Below are positions 26,601 to 38,525 of a DNA stretch of 53,267 nt, in pieces. The notes under the pieces were generated by a model. The model had not been told where the DNA came from and ran no database searches. It saw only the letters and a list, made by a program, of their open reading frames with translations. How positions within the stretch are numbered: position 1 is the stretch's first letter; each line of letters starts with the position of its first letter. This DNA comes from Chara braunii (Eukaryota > Plantae > Charophyceae): contig BFEA01000001.1 in NCBI GenBank assembly GCA_003427395.1, positions 5,275,146 through 5,328,412 on the forward strand, written 5' to 3'. The position numbers and the translations under genes are program-made.

Positions 26601-26990
26601 TCTGCAGAGACTAGTGGAAGAGCAACATAAGAGTCCCAACCCTTCTTGTTGAACCAAGACTTCAATTTATGGTTCCTACCATCAATCCTCTCTACCCCGT
26701 AAACATGCTCAGTCCATCTCTCATCTAATGATCGCTGGGTCTTCCCGATATAACAGGCCCTGTGCCATGGGGAAACAAGGATATACGTGCAACATTCGAA
26801 CTTTGACCAGTCTTGTTCCTATCGAAGCCAATTAACCCAATAGTCCTGAAATTTGTCGAGCCACGGGAAAGCCCCGCAAAAAATCAAAACAGCATAACCC
26901 ATCGTAATATTAGTTCACACTGTCGCCAACCCTTCCTATCCTGTAATCTCAAATATCTCCTTACCCATGTTACCTTACCCAATAAGTTCA
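23614..26990 (-). pseudogene. PLE ORF2: GIY-YIG endonuclease followed by reverse transcriptase; disrupted by TAG stops and a MITE
   Basis: ~26550-26795 reads CTYILVSPWHRACYIGKTQRSLDERWTEH..E..EQSLIRRWCPALN. Linker DCLCSEV..HVCFR; IDHNPGDLLFCCP; RT motifs AYDIKYMF, RQMEGIPI, MRIVDDVTL. Confidence 0.88.
25468..25895. mobile_element. AT-rich MITE inserted in PLE ORF2
   Basis: Imperfect TIR CAA(CG/AA)GAAAAATTYCC; TT (or GTT) duplication; removing it restores the frame VLELCNELLVTEIR. Confidence 0.8.
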
Positions 26991-27020
26991 TCATAAACAG
27001 CCAGTCAGGAGAAGCCGTAG

Positions 27021-28645
27021 CTAGGATACAATGGGATGAACATCACGAATAGCAGGTTGATCACCTGATCCGAAAGCGACCAGAGCCCGAATTTCCGCCA
27101 ATTCAGCGGCGGTGGTCTGCTTAGTGACATACGTAATGTCATCCTTCTTGCAGAGTTCTTGCAACTCTGGCTTCGTCATCCGAAGAAGAATCTTCTGCAG
27201 TTCTTCTTTATATTGTTCCCTGGCACCAGGTCCAGTACCTGCAACAACCGCTTTTCTCCCTTGAAGAACGCGGTAAAACCCCAATCCGAAGCACAACCCA
27301 TGTTGAGGAGTTGATTGGTTTGCACGTTCATCATGCGCAGCCGACACGAAGAGTTGAGATAGTGATGCTGTCTGTGATTTATTCGCTGTACCTCGATTAC
27401 GGAGAGTCGAGGGAACAGGAGCGGGAGTGACGGAAGGAGGAATCGGAGTGGAGACAAGAGGGGCCGTAGTAGGGGCGGGTGGGGGTGGAGGAGGAGGGGC
27501 TCGTGAAGAGGAGGCAAGAGGTAGTTGTGCGCGAACGTGAGATGAAGACGGCGATGGGTGGTTGGGTATCACAGAAGGGAGAGGGGGAGGAGGGGGAGGA
27601 GGAGGTGAAGGTGGGTAAGGATGTGACGAAGAAGGTCGAGACAAAGATGGAATCGGAGTCGGTGCAGACGGTACAGGAATAGAACGTCGGATGGGAGTGA
27701 ATCGTGCTGAAGGATGTGGTGGGGTCGAAGGTGTGGAAGGGTGGGGGGGAGGAGGGGGAGGGGGAGGGGGAGGGGGAGTTGGTGGAAAGAGGGTACATCC
27801 AGACTTCATCTCGGCAATATCCTGGCAGATGCGTTCCAGAACTTCCTCGGCCTTATCTCGAAAACGACGAAGATTGTCCATCTCCATAGCCATCAATCCA
27901 AAAGTCAACCCGTCCGTTCCGTCCATCTTTTGCTTGCCTTTGACAGGCTCCGATGGTGATCCCTCAGTCTCCATGGTCTTCCTTTTTTCGCTCTCCAAAG
28001 CGGTAAGTCGACCCTCAATCTCCTTCTGTAAATCAGAGTTGATGTTTCCTCGACAGATCTTATCGATCTCTTGCCATATTCTCTTGTTGTCTTCGTTGAT
28101 CTTAGTCAACAATTCAATCCCAAAAGTCGAGTCTCGGTCCTTGTTCGAAATAGCCGAATCGATAATCGCCCTCATTCTCTGCTCCTTTTTTATCACCTTC
28201 CTTTCTTTCTCCAACTTCTTCTTCTCTTCTTCCTTGGCTGCCCGTTTCTCTTGTTCCGCCTTCTCCTTGTCCTCGGCTTCTTTCATCCGTCGCTCCTTCT
28301 CCTCCCTTCTCTCATTCACTAATTTCATCAAAAGTGCTGACATGTCCGGATCTCGTTGGTAAACCGTGTTACGTGGCCTGTCATTCCTCCAGTTTGGCGG
28401 TGGGTTAGTACCAGCACTGACATAGCCGCCATTCGTAACTCCAGAAGATGAGCTCGAGGTCGGCACAGTAGAAGAGATAGGAGGGGGAGGGGGAGGGGAA
28501 ACGGAAACAATGTTCGCAGGACGTTAAACGTTGGATGGGGAAGGTAATAAGGGAGGTCTGGAAGAGGAGGAAGGGTGATTAGCACGTACTTGAGCCAAAA
28601 TCGGAAAGGCTTCGGAGCGGGAGGGGGATTTCCATAATTGGCCAT
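27021..28645 (-). CDS. PLE upstream ORF1: coiled coil, proline-rich tract and C-terminal SAP/HeH-like helical motif; 5' end disrupted
   Basis: 481-aa ORF 27021..28466 with KE-rich coiled coil, poly-P and LLRMTKPELQELCKKDDITYVTKQTTAAELA; probable start MANYGNPPP at ~28645 in another frame. Confidence 0.65.
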
Positions 28646-28857
28646 CGCTACTACCGTCTTACCAACCAATCGATAAAGCCACGAAAAAACTAAACCCAAG
28701 AAAATACCCACAATCATCCGACAAGATTCAGAGGATGAAAACCTTATGTCGAAGAGGTGATACCACCGCTTAGTCAATCAGTCAAACCTACGTCGCACAA
28801 ATCAAATGACTGCCCACCAAGAGAAGTCAATACTTAACAGGCTAGCAATCTACTTCA

Positions 28858-30406
28858 TGTTGTGAATGACCAATCCATTGATATCTCAAACCAACACGGA
28901 ACTCCATGCATACACACGACGTCAATCATAATAGATGGGAGGAACACCATAGACAAGAGGTAGTCAAGGTCTTCAACTTAGATAAAACTTGAAGTACAAC
29001 GAAGGTCAAACAAAAAACCGTAGCTATGTCGCAACGTACTTAACTTAGCTCGCTAGACCTTCCTCTGGCTACTTCTCGACATGTGTTTCGACCGATGCCA
29101 GAAAATCGGTCATCCTCAAGGGAGGAGCAACCTTGACGGAGATAGAGAATCCATCTGTAGAAGTCTGCCTATATACTGTCCTTGTCACTAATGTAAGCCA
29201 ACCGGTTCGTCTGTTCCAAAAAACGTATTCACACGAAGTGTCTAGAACCCTCTGTTAGAAATCAGGTTTCCTCGGAAGTTGGGGTCGGTCCATCGTGAAG
29301 TCCCAGGAGAAAGGAAGATACCACTGTTCAGGCCGGTTTTTAAGAAAAACGGGCCTAGAAGAAGAATGAATTTAGATGGAAAGAAAGACCTAGTTCAAAA
29401 GAAGGAAAGAAAAAGATGAAAAAGGACAAGAAAAAATGAGAGTAACCGGTCCGTTTCGTAACACTCACAGGCTCCGAAAAACTGGGCTCATGCTTTCCAC
29501 TCCAAGGTCTTCCCTTAAGTAAAATGTAATAGAGCTCTCTTGAACCAATCGGAGGGGTCGCTTCGAATCCTCAGTTCCGTCTGGAAGGCCAGTAGAGTGA
29601 GTCCAAAAGATAGACAGCAAGATGAGTGTGAGAAGATTCGATGCAGGTATCCAGTGACCACGCCTTTCTTAGTTTGGACGGAAGAGTAAGACCCATAATC
29701 TTGGAGAGACTGAAATACAATGTCCTTACGTAGAAGCAAGACGTCCTGGTTGCGCATGGTAGCAAAGCAGCTGACCCGGGGTTTGTCCCTTATCTGTGAG
29801 ATCTTAACGATACAACCAATAAACTCCCACCAGTCTTCGCCTTCACTGGTGGCTACAAGCTTGAGATTCTGATCGTAGGAAGTGGAAAAACTTTCAAATA
29901 CTCCTTTTGCCAGGTCTCGGTCCCTTGCAATATTGTTACAGACGACAAAGAGGGTCACATCGTCGACAATACGCATCCCGTGAATACGCACCAAAGTAGG
30001 AAGGTGTAGACTTTTTAAGAATAAAAACTCATTAGATGCGCATAAAAGACAAGCGAGTGTCGGACTTGAACTTTTGCCCATTGGAATCCCTTCCGTTTGT
30101 CGGTAAACTTCCCCCTGAGCACATGTGTACGTATGTCTGAGATTATATTTTATGACCTCAATAATCATAGTGAATCTCACTTTTCTCAAGCCGATTTCAT
30201 CTTTAGCCTACCCGAAGGTGCACCCTTTTCCTCTACCATTGACACGAATCCAATCACGGCCTTTGTTCCCAAAGTGTTCAATTATCCATTCAACTGCCTG
30301 AATACTAGATTTATGAGGTAATCTAGAAAACATATCTTTAATATCATAGGCAGCCCCTTGTACTACTGGGGAATGAATCCGGCCTATAGACGTATTAACC
30401 TAGTGG
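28858..30406 (-). mobile_element. Upstream partial copy of the PLE (RT C-terminal half and 3' end; pseudo-LTR)
   Basis: Near-identical to 23077-24625; ORF 29515..30189 has GIPMGKSSSP and IVDD; runs into the N gap. Confidence 0.92.
29071..29129 (-). ncRNA. Second hammerhead copy, mutated in stem I and the stem III loop
   Basis: Same core, but 3' side reads GAAACACAUGUCGAGA versus GAAACACGUGUCGGGA. Confidence 0.65.
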
Positions 30407-30484
30407 NNNNNNNNNNNNNNNNNNNNNNNNNNNNNNNNNNNNNNNNNNNNNNNNNNNNNNNNNNNNNNNNNNNNNNNNNNNNNN
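30407..30484. other. Assembly gap
   Basis: Run of N. Confidence 0.99.
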
Positions 30485-31420
30485 CGCGTTGTCTTCAAAA
30501 ACTCTAAAGCGCTCGAGGGTCCTAACACACCCTCAAAGTCCTCAGACACTGTCTTATTCCCTACCATGCTCTACTAGGCCTCTCAGCCCCACCATAGGTT
30601 ACAGGGCAAATCAACTCACCCCGGCTCCAGCCAGCATTGTCTTCGATAGGAACCCTTGATTGTCCTATGAAATGCTCCCCCCTAGGCATTCCCAGATCTC
30701 TCTACCAGGCCTCAAGCTCCTGCTGTCAACAAGTTGCAGGGTCAACACCCCAGCACCGACCAGTATTGTTTTGGCATCGAACAACCGCAGGTCCATGAAT
30801 AAAACAACATCAAAACCCGCCTCAAGGAAATTGCAAGGAGTCCCAAGAGCCTAAAAGTGTTCGACCACAACCACCGAAAACAATCACAACCACTAGAGGA
30901 CAGCCATATCCGAACACATCGCCCATTGTTTTTTTTTTTTTTTAACGAGATAGGAGTCATAGGACATAAGTGACACACAACAAAAATTGAAAGCAAAATA
31001 TCTGAACCGAAACCACCGACTAGCAAACTTCCCATGCAACAATTGGAAAAAACAAAGTCCCCGTGATCAGTCCTCGAACCTAAACGAGGCTGGTCTCATA
31101 ACCCCTTATGCTAGAGTTACAGGGCACCACCATGCCCCCATACCGACCAGCCTGGTATAGATGGCAAGGAGTGTCTTCCTCCCTCAACAACTCCCATAGC
31201 CGCACGCCCCTAGGTGACAGGGATAAAACCCCAGCAACGGCTGCGTCGAACGTGGTGGTTCTGCCTGTCTTCCTCGCCAGAGCTCCCCAAGCCTCGCGCT
31301 CCCCCAGGTTACAAAGCAACGCTCCAGCACCGGCCTGCGTCGTCCCAACCACGTCCTTCTGATCTACTAACGAAGACTAAGGCCCTTCCGATGTTACACC
31401 CCCTGCGAAATTCCCAACCG
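30485..31420. repeat. Unclassified repeat family X
   Basis: Homologous to ~2270-2575; internal recurring GTTACAGGGCA..CCAGC..CGACCAG motif. Confidence 0.6.
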
Positions 31421-31669
31421 TCTGTGTGAATCATCTGCTTCCCTTAATCGTGTGTTTTTTTGGTTACTTGCTAAAAAGTTTAAAATATAACAGCCCTGGG
31501 TTGGTCAGACAGCTACCCCAGGCAGTGTCTACTGGTCCTACTGTGACCAAGGTCTTACCTAAGGCTGCCCCTGACCCAACCCGGGCGACATGTTCCTACC
31601 ACAACCTACTGTTCCTTTGTATTAGGGGTTTGTGTTGTTGTCATGGATAGTTAGTTATCCAGTTCATAT

Positions 31670-32075
31670 TGAGGGGGCAAGGTTATCGGTCCGTCACCGT
31701 CACACCTGTTCACCACAGGGTCGATTCCTGCCAGGGAAAACCTCTGGCCCATCCCCCCTTGCACCTAGTTGCCCATCAGTTATAAATTTGTGTTTTAGCG
31801 TGGGGCCATTTTCCACCCCTGCTAGTGTCATATTCAGGGGGCAGGGTTATCAGTCCGTAATCGTCGCACCAGTTCGCCACAGGGCCGATTCCTGCCAGGG
31901 AAAACCTCCAGCCAATTCCCCCCTGCAGCCCCCCAAGTCGGTTATCAACTATGAGTTATGTGTTATGTGGTTGTCATATCGAGGGGGCAGGGTTATCGGT
32001 CCATCACCATCGCACCAGTTCGCCACAGGACCGATTCCTGCCAGGGAAAACCTCCAGCCCACCCCCCCTGGCCCC
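31670..32075. repeat. Three tandem ~150-bp units, each with a long hairpin
   Basis: GGGGGCARGGTTATCRGTCC...GGRYCGATTCCTGCCAGGGAAAACCTC at ~31670, ~31836 and ~31981. Confidence 0.85.
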
Positions 32076-32120
32076 CCCGCTAGTCAGTTATCAGCTATGA
32101 GTTATGTGTTATGTGTTTTT

Positions 32121-32471
32121 GGAGTTGAACCCGGGACCTCCAAGTTACGATATCAGAGCTCTACCCACTGAGCTATTGAGGTCATTAGTCTGTAAAGGTG
32201 CTATGCCAGGCTCGGGGCAAGTACGTGGGGTGCCATCTACACCAACCAGTTATGCTCGGGGGATATTGCGGGCTAACAAAGTTGAACCCGCAACCTCCCC
32301 GTTGCAACACCTGAGCTCTGTCCACTGAGCTACCCTGCACTTGCTTTACCAACTGGCCGTCTCGAAGGTAAGACGCCAAGCATGCCACAGGCACTATTGT
32401 GGGGGCAATGGAAGTTCAACCCACGACCTCCTGAGTGCCGCTTGAACGCCTTACCAACTGAGCTACACCCA
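32121..32471 (-). pseudogene. Three tandem tRNA-derived (SINE head-like) units
   Basis: A box TAGCTCAGT(T)GG and B-box-like GGTT(C/G)AACT at 32121-32181, 32281-32337 and 32400-32471; acceptor and anticodon arms degenerate. Confidence 0.75.
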
Positions 32472-32887
32472 GTTGGCTCAGTTTTAAACCACCAGCACTT
32501 CGTAAAGTTCTGCCTGTTAACAACCCACAATTTTAGGAAACGTATGGGCCACTACAGGAGCGCCTACATTCATCCGACTAGAAATGTTTCTACTCTATTT
32601 TTTTTTGCGACCGATAGTTGGGCCAAGTACCGGTGGTTTAAAAGGAGATGCTGGAGCCGATCTTCAGCAGGTGCGGCTCACCGACAATACAGTGAAGCAC
32701 CCCGACCAGGCTACTGTGCGGAGATGCTTATACCACCCCCCATGGTATTCCCAAAGTCAATTTTTTTTTTTTTTAATGATGGACTAGACATGGCAAGACA
32801 AGCTGCACCACCGAAGTGCAGCACTTGAATGCTGATCTTTCGTTCTCTCTTTCTTTCTTTCTATCTTTTTTTTTTTTTTTTTTTTAA

Positions 32888-32931
<44 letters not shown>

Positions 32932-34675
32932 TGTACTGAAAACCTACTTAGCGAGGTGATAAGAGCATCCTCTGCCTTACAAAATAGTCTCCAAAGCCCT
33001 AACGAATCGCCTGCTTCCACACATGAGCCACCTCATCTACCAGGATCAGACAGGTTTTATGCCACAACGCAACATTCAAGACAATATACTCCTGGTGAAC
33101 GAAACCATCAAGTATGCGAGGCAGCGTCACAAGGAAGCCGCAATCCTTTTCATAGACTTTGAGAAAGCCTACGACCATGTGGACTGGGATTTCATGGACT
33201 GCTGCCTACAAAAAATGAACTTTGGTGACGCCTTCAGATCGTGGATTTCCATCATGCATAGGTTAGCGGCAACCAATATCATGGTTAACGGCCACTTGTC
33301 CGCCCCATTCGCCCTCCATCGGTCAGTTAGGCAAGGAGAATCTGTGGCCCCTCTCCTCTTTGTGCTCATCATGGAAGCACTTGCGGCGTCGATTCGAGCA
33401 AATCCTGAAATTGAACGCATAGACATACTGGAACTGCCCCCCCACATGGTACCGATTACATCAATATTTGTTAACGACCTGACAGTACTCATCAGGGCCT
33501 CTGCTGCCTCCTTGAAAGCACCATCAGACACAATCCACACCTTCGCAGTTGCGGCGGACATGAAAGTCAACTGGGGGACTAAGACAGAGGGCTGGTGGTT
33601 GTCCCCACATGATACTCAACCTCTGCAAGACCCTCCAGTCAACCGGCGCCCAAAAGTGGAGGCGATCAGAATCTTGGGCATCCGATTGACGGCACTGGGC
33701 CCCCCGTCTGATCATGGCCAGGTATTGGTCCAGACCGCGTTGCAGAGGCTAGCTAATTGGGATGGCCTTCACACATCGCTAGTGGGGAGGGCACTAGCAA
33801 TTAACAACGCAGTCCTTGCAACCATCTGGTATAAAATTGCATTTTGGGAAATCCCTAAGACGCAACTCACGCACCTGAGGTCAGCCCTGGCGGCTTATCT
33901 ATGGAAGAATGACCATGAAAACACGAATTGCATCAAAAGAGTTGCGTGAAAATTCGTCACCCAACCGAAGAGAGTGGGAGGCATGGGCATCCTGGACCTA
34001 GGGGATGAAATCAAAGCCTTAATGTTCAAAATTATAGCACGCCTCCTGCTGGCCAATGACCTTCCATGACTCCCTCTCGCATATATACAACTGGCTAACC
34101 TTGCACCCCCCTTCCCCCCACATCGCCCAGTTCACCCGCTCTATTGGCTAACAAATAAGGCTTGGTCTCTACCTGACCCTCCTCGTCATAGGCAGGATGG
34201 CTCTCCTCGGAACGCTGTCAGATGAGATCTAAAAAATGATCCCCTATGGATCACCATGCTGGGTCTGTGGAGGAAGATGGGGCCGGTCCAAAACCCCCCC
34301 CCCCACAGGATAGAAGAAATCTCGCGACAACCACTTTTTGGGAACCCTCACATATGCGACAATGTTGGGCAGCCCCTCGCCTTGTCCACCAACTCCCACT
34401 GGCTAACATGGGTACGAAAAGGCATATTTGCAATTGGGGACCTGTGGGATTGCCAGACGGGGACATGGAGGACCGCACAGCAACTGCATCCAAGTTTAAA
34501 AGGTGTAAGACATCTCCAGGACAAAATTGAGCAACTTCGGGATGCAATCCTGCCCTCTTGGAGGGCTGCCCTACAGGACGGTCCATCGTTGGGCAGACTA
34601 GATTGGGTCACTCGGGCCAGTACCAACCCGATCCCCATGTCCATTTTTAGGGTGCCCCACGTTACACAGCAAGAA

Positions 34676-34774
34676 GTAAGAGGCACAACAATGAATCCAG
34701 TAGACCACCCTCATGGAGGAGGAGAAGGTCGTACATCCATTGGAAGAAAAAGACCCCTTACTCCTTGAGGGTAT
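34676..34774 (+). pseudogene. rpl2: Ribosomal protein L2 fragment, probably plastid-derived (NUPT)
   Basis: [32 protein letters not shown] is the uL2 C-terminal signature; many A/T-ending codons; W-to-stop change in TPWG. Confidence 0.9.
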
Positions 34775-36234
34775 GGTGCAAGGTGGGCTGCCCTGAGAAG
34801 AGTCCCGAATCTGGATTGCACGATTGCGGCCGAGGAGCTCGTCAGAATCAGAGTAGTGGGGACAGACGATACAGGCTACTATGCCTACGAAATATCCACC
34901 CCAATATATGCACTTCCCTTCGACCCGGAAGAATGGGAATGGGGGGGTCAAAACCCCACCCCCATCTGGCAGTACACAGCTAAAGAAGGGTACAAGCGGG
35001 CTCACGATCTGCTCCCGTCTACCCCAATAGTCCAAAACAGATGGAAGAGGGATTCCCTGGTAGGTGAGGAAAGTTGGCGCCATATCCCATGGACAACCTA
35101 TGCACATATAATGCCCACCTCCCATCCAGCCTTACAATGGCAAATAATACACCGCTGCCTCCCGACCCCGGATTGGGTGACCTCGAGATCTAATATGGAA
35201 CAAGCAGGAGTTCTATCCCCTATTTGCCCCATTGTGGGCTTGGCGCCGAAAGTCGTAGAGCTGACCTGGAACACTGTTTGCTCGCATGCCCGATAGCAGT
35301 AAGGGTTTGGCAGTGGTGGGATGCAATATGGAATGCACTCACAGCATCGCGTTTCACTGGGATGTCGCGCTCATCCTCATGGGAAAACGTCGAACGATCG
35401 AAGCTTCCCAACAGCTTGGACCCCCTTTCAACGGAACCTCTTCGGTCACATGCGCCTGGCCATACTTATGGTAATATGGCGAATGAGGTGCTCCGCAGAA
35501 CGCCAAAACAGTCCCTTTGGCTTTCACCAAGGTAAAGTGGAGCTGGTGGACACCCTCTGGGCAAACTTGCTGAAAGCCAGCAGAAAATTAGCTGGGGTGC
35601 TGGCCGCAAGCCCGGACAGAGAAAGCAAAGAACAGGCCATCGCTGCCTTTAGGGAGCTCTAGATCGACCCCCGCGAAAAGCTAGCAGATGTGCAGGATAA
35701 CGGAACGCTGATATGGAAAAAAGTTCCGAAAAACTGGATGGTACACCAGAACCACTGGTCCTTCCGACCGCCTCACTGCTTCCCTACTTCACTGCCAGGC
35801 CAAACAAAAGGGGCAATGGTATCAATGCTCTTAAGGACAAGCCCGGCGACCCGCTCCCAGGAGGGCCCCGATCTCCAATCCCTCATCCCCTCCTTAGGGA
35901 TGCCCTTCCCCTCTTTAAGGATGCCCTTTCCCCCGTTGCAATCTCAACCATCGACCCCCTCACCCCCCCCTCCTATCCCAACGGACTCTCCTCCTCTAAC
36001 TATACCATCGCCTCCCCCCTTACCAACGGACACTCTGCCCGTTACCCACCCCCAGTCCCCTGCGCTCCTGATGGTCCCCCCTTCTCCTACACCGCCCCCT
36101 CCCCCCCCATCCCCATGAATTCCCCGCCGCTTATCCCGCTGCCCCCCTCACAGTCTCCACCATCGACCCCGTCACCCTCCCCTTCTCTCCCGATGGCCTC
36201 TCCTCCTTTAACTACACTGTCATCTCCTACCCCT

Positions 36235-37075
36235 NNNNNNNNNNNNNNNNNNNNNNNNNNNNNNNNNNNNNNNNNNNNNNNNNNNNNNNNNNNNNNNNNN
36301 NNNNNNNNNNNNNNNNNNNNNNNNNNNNNNNNNNNNNNNNNNNNNNNNNNNNNNNNNNNNNNNNNNNNNNNNNNNNNNNNNNNNNNNNNNNNNNNNNNNN
36401 NNNNNNNNNNNNNNNNNNNNNNNNNNNNNNNNNNNNNNNNNNNNNNNNNNNNNNNNNNNNNNNNNNNNNNNNNNNNNNNNNNNNNNNNNNNNNNNNNNNN
36501 NNNNNNNNNNNNNNNNNNNNNNNNNNNNNNNNNNNNNNNNNNNNNNNNNNNNNNNNNNNNNNNNNNNNNNNNNNNNNNNNNNNNNNNNNNNNNNNNNNNN
36601 NNNNNNNNNNNNNNNNNNNNNNNNNNNNNNNNNNNNNNNNNNNNNNNNNNNNNNNNNNNNNNNNNNNNNNNNNNNNNNNNNNNNNNNNNNNNNNNNNNNN
36701 NNNNNNNNNNNNNNNNNNNNNNNNNNNNNNNNNNNNNNNNNNNNNNNNNNNNNNNNNNNNNNNNNNNNNNNNNNNNNNNNNNNNNNNNNNNNNNNNNNNN
36801 NNNNNNNNNNNNNNNNNNNNNNNNNNNNNNNNNNNNNNNNNNNNNNNNNNNNNNNNNNNNNNNNNNNNNNNNNNNNNNNNNNNNNNNNNNNNNNNNNNNN
36901 NNNNNNNNNNNNNNNNNNNNNNNNNNNNNNNNNNNNNNNNNNNNNNNNNNNNNNNNNNNNNNNNNNNNNNNNNNNNNNNNNNNNNNNNNNNNNNNNNNNN
37001 NNNNNNNNNNNNNNNNNNNNNNNNNNNNNNNNNNNNNNNNNNNNNNNNNNNNNNNNNNNNNNNNNNNNNNNNNNA
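36235..37075. other. Assembly gap
   Basis: Run of N. Confidence 0.99.
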
Positions 37076-38327
37076 AAAAAAAAAAAAAAAAAGAAGCATC
37101 CCCGGTAAGTAGGTCCCTGCGTCGAATGCTCCATCTATTGGTGGGGAGCTGCACCTGCTGGAAATCGGGTCCATCGTCCCTGTACAATGATGTGAATGTA
37201 TCTGCTGGAAATCGGGTCCAGCGTCCCTATGCAGAGATGTGTTGATGACTCCACCTACCAATTGTATGCACATTTTAGACAATATATGTCAGATGATGGG
37301 AGACCCCTATCCATCTGATCAACGGTATTTCCAAAACAAAATGGGCCATCGAGATCAATCTAATCAATCAGACGAAACCCTAACGTTCATGTCAAAGAGT
37401 TGGAACTCAAAGCCAGCGTTCCGTATACGATGATGAGTTGAGATGTCAAAGAGAACCTATCTATCAGACGAGGGGGCGAATCCCACACGTTAGTGTGATG
37501 TGTGTGATGTGTATAAGCTGGGAATCATAACCAGCTTCATGTATGCAATGATAAGATATCAAAGAAGCAACACACTCCTTCCTATATATATACTTACCTA
37601 ACCTGTTTCGTAAAGAATAACAGAGGCATTGATTACTCCCCTACAAAAGGGAAGGATTGACCTCCTGTTCATGAAGTATCATTCCTAATCGAGAATTGTT
37701 AATTTCTGACTTCCTGCATGCTGGCAAAATTATCGTTGTCCACCCCTAGCAAGCAATCTTCAAACCCGCCAATTGCAGATCAAGCTGGCGATGCCCTGAC
37801 CTATCTCCCCCCCTGATTGAAGTTGCAGAAAGCAACTCCAATCAGCAATCCATCCGAGCTCAACAAGGGGGAGAGCATCAAACCAACTCCCACCCTATGC
37901 TACCCAAAGAAGTGGAGATGAACACAGCGCACACCATCAGTTTGTAATTGTTGAGCAGAGGTACTGATTACTTCCCTACGCCAGGGAAGAATTGCCTCCA
38001 GTGCACGAAGTATGAACGCAGCGAAAAATAATGAGAATCATCTTCATTATTGATCACCTCATCACAGGAACCAAATCAGAACTCATGCCCCAAACCGCCA
38101 ATCGACACCCCTGCTTATATACTATGAAAGTCCGCCTCCCCAGCAGGCAATTGTGAAATACATCGCAAACCTGAGGGGCGACCTTTATTCTTCTCTCAAA
38201 TTCTTTTTACCTTTCACTGCCTACGTACCACTACTCCTAAGGCCATATAGATGGGACCCCTGCAAGCATAGACCCCTGTAAGCATAGCTATGCTTGCAGG
38301 GGTCCCCTCTTTCCTTCTGTCTTTCTT

Positions 38328-38493
38328 GTTATAATTGCACTATAGGGCAAGATACAGTTTGCAATTGCACTTGGGGCACCCTACCTGGCCGGAAAGCTGG
38401 GTTGTATACATTGCCCAAACTTCAATTTGAACCTGTATCTTGGCCCATAGTGCAATTATAACTCATTTTTCTGACTCCCGCGTAGTTGCCCCT

Positions 38494-38525
<32 letters not shown>

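Larger units (their letters stand above)
23077..28857 (-). mobile_element. Penelope-like retroelement, Naiad/Chlamys type (N-terminal GIY-YIG), full unit of a partial tandem
   Basis: Order on - strand: ORF1, GIY-YIG, CxC..H linker, PLE-type RT, hammerhead. The unit's 3' portion is directly repeated from 28858. Confidence 0.88.
32971..37090 (+). mobile_element. LINE-E: 5'-truncated L1/Tx1-like element (RT to poly(A))
   Basis: ORF 33023..33949 RT (IDFEKAYD, SVRQG, IFVNDL); zf-RVT region ~35130-35300; C-rich 3' UTR; poly(A) after the gap; approximate TSD AAGAGCATCC (32961-32970) / AAGAAGCATCC (37091-37101). Confidence 0.88.

Noticed and set aside
23614-26990. Selenocysteine recoding, as known for some Naiad elements
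   Set aside because: The in-frame stops checked are TAG, not TGA, and one is CAG in the second copy, so simple decay
31670-32075. CRISPR-like array
   Set aside because: Units are long, degenerate and lack unique equal-length spacers; eukaryotic context with no cas genes
32121-32471. Functional tRNA genes
   Set aside because: Acceptor and anticodon stems are broken; treated as tRNA-derived repeats
34676-34774. Functional rpl2 gene
   Set aside because: Only ~33 codons, contains a stop and is embedded in a dead LINE
35713-37282. Long ORFs of 300-510 aa
   Set aside because: Artefacts of translating through the N gap and a C-rich 3' UTR
37590-37599. ATACTTACCT, matching the U1 snRNA 5' end or a - strand splice donor
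   Set aside because: No U1 body follows and no supportable exon; only a 10-bp match
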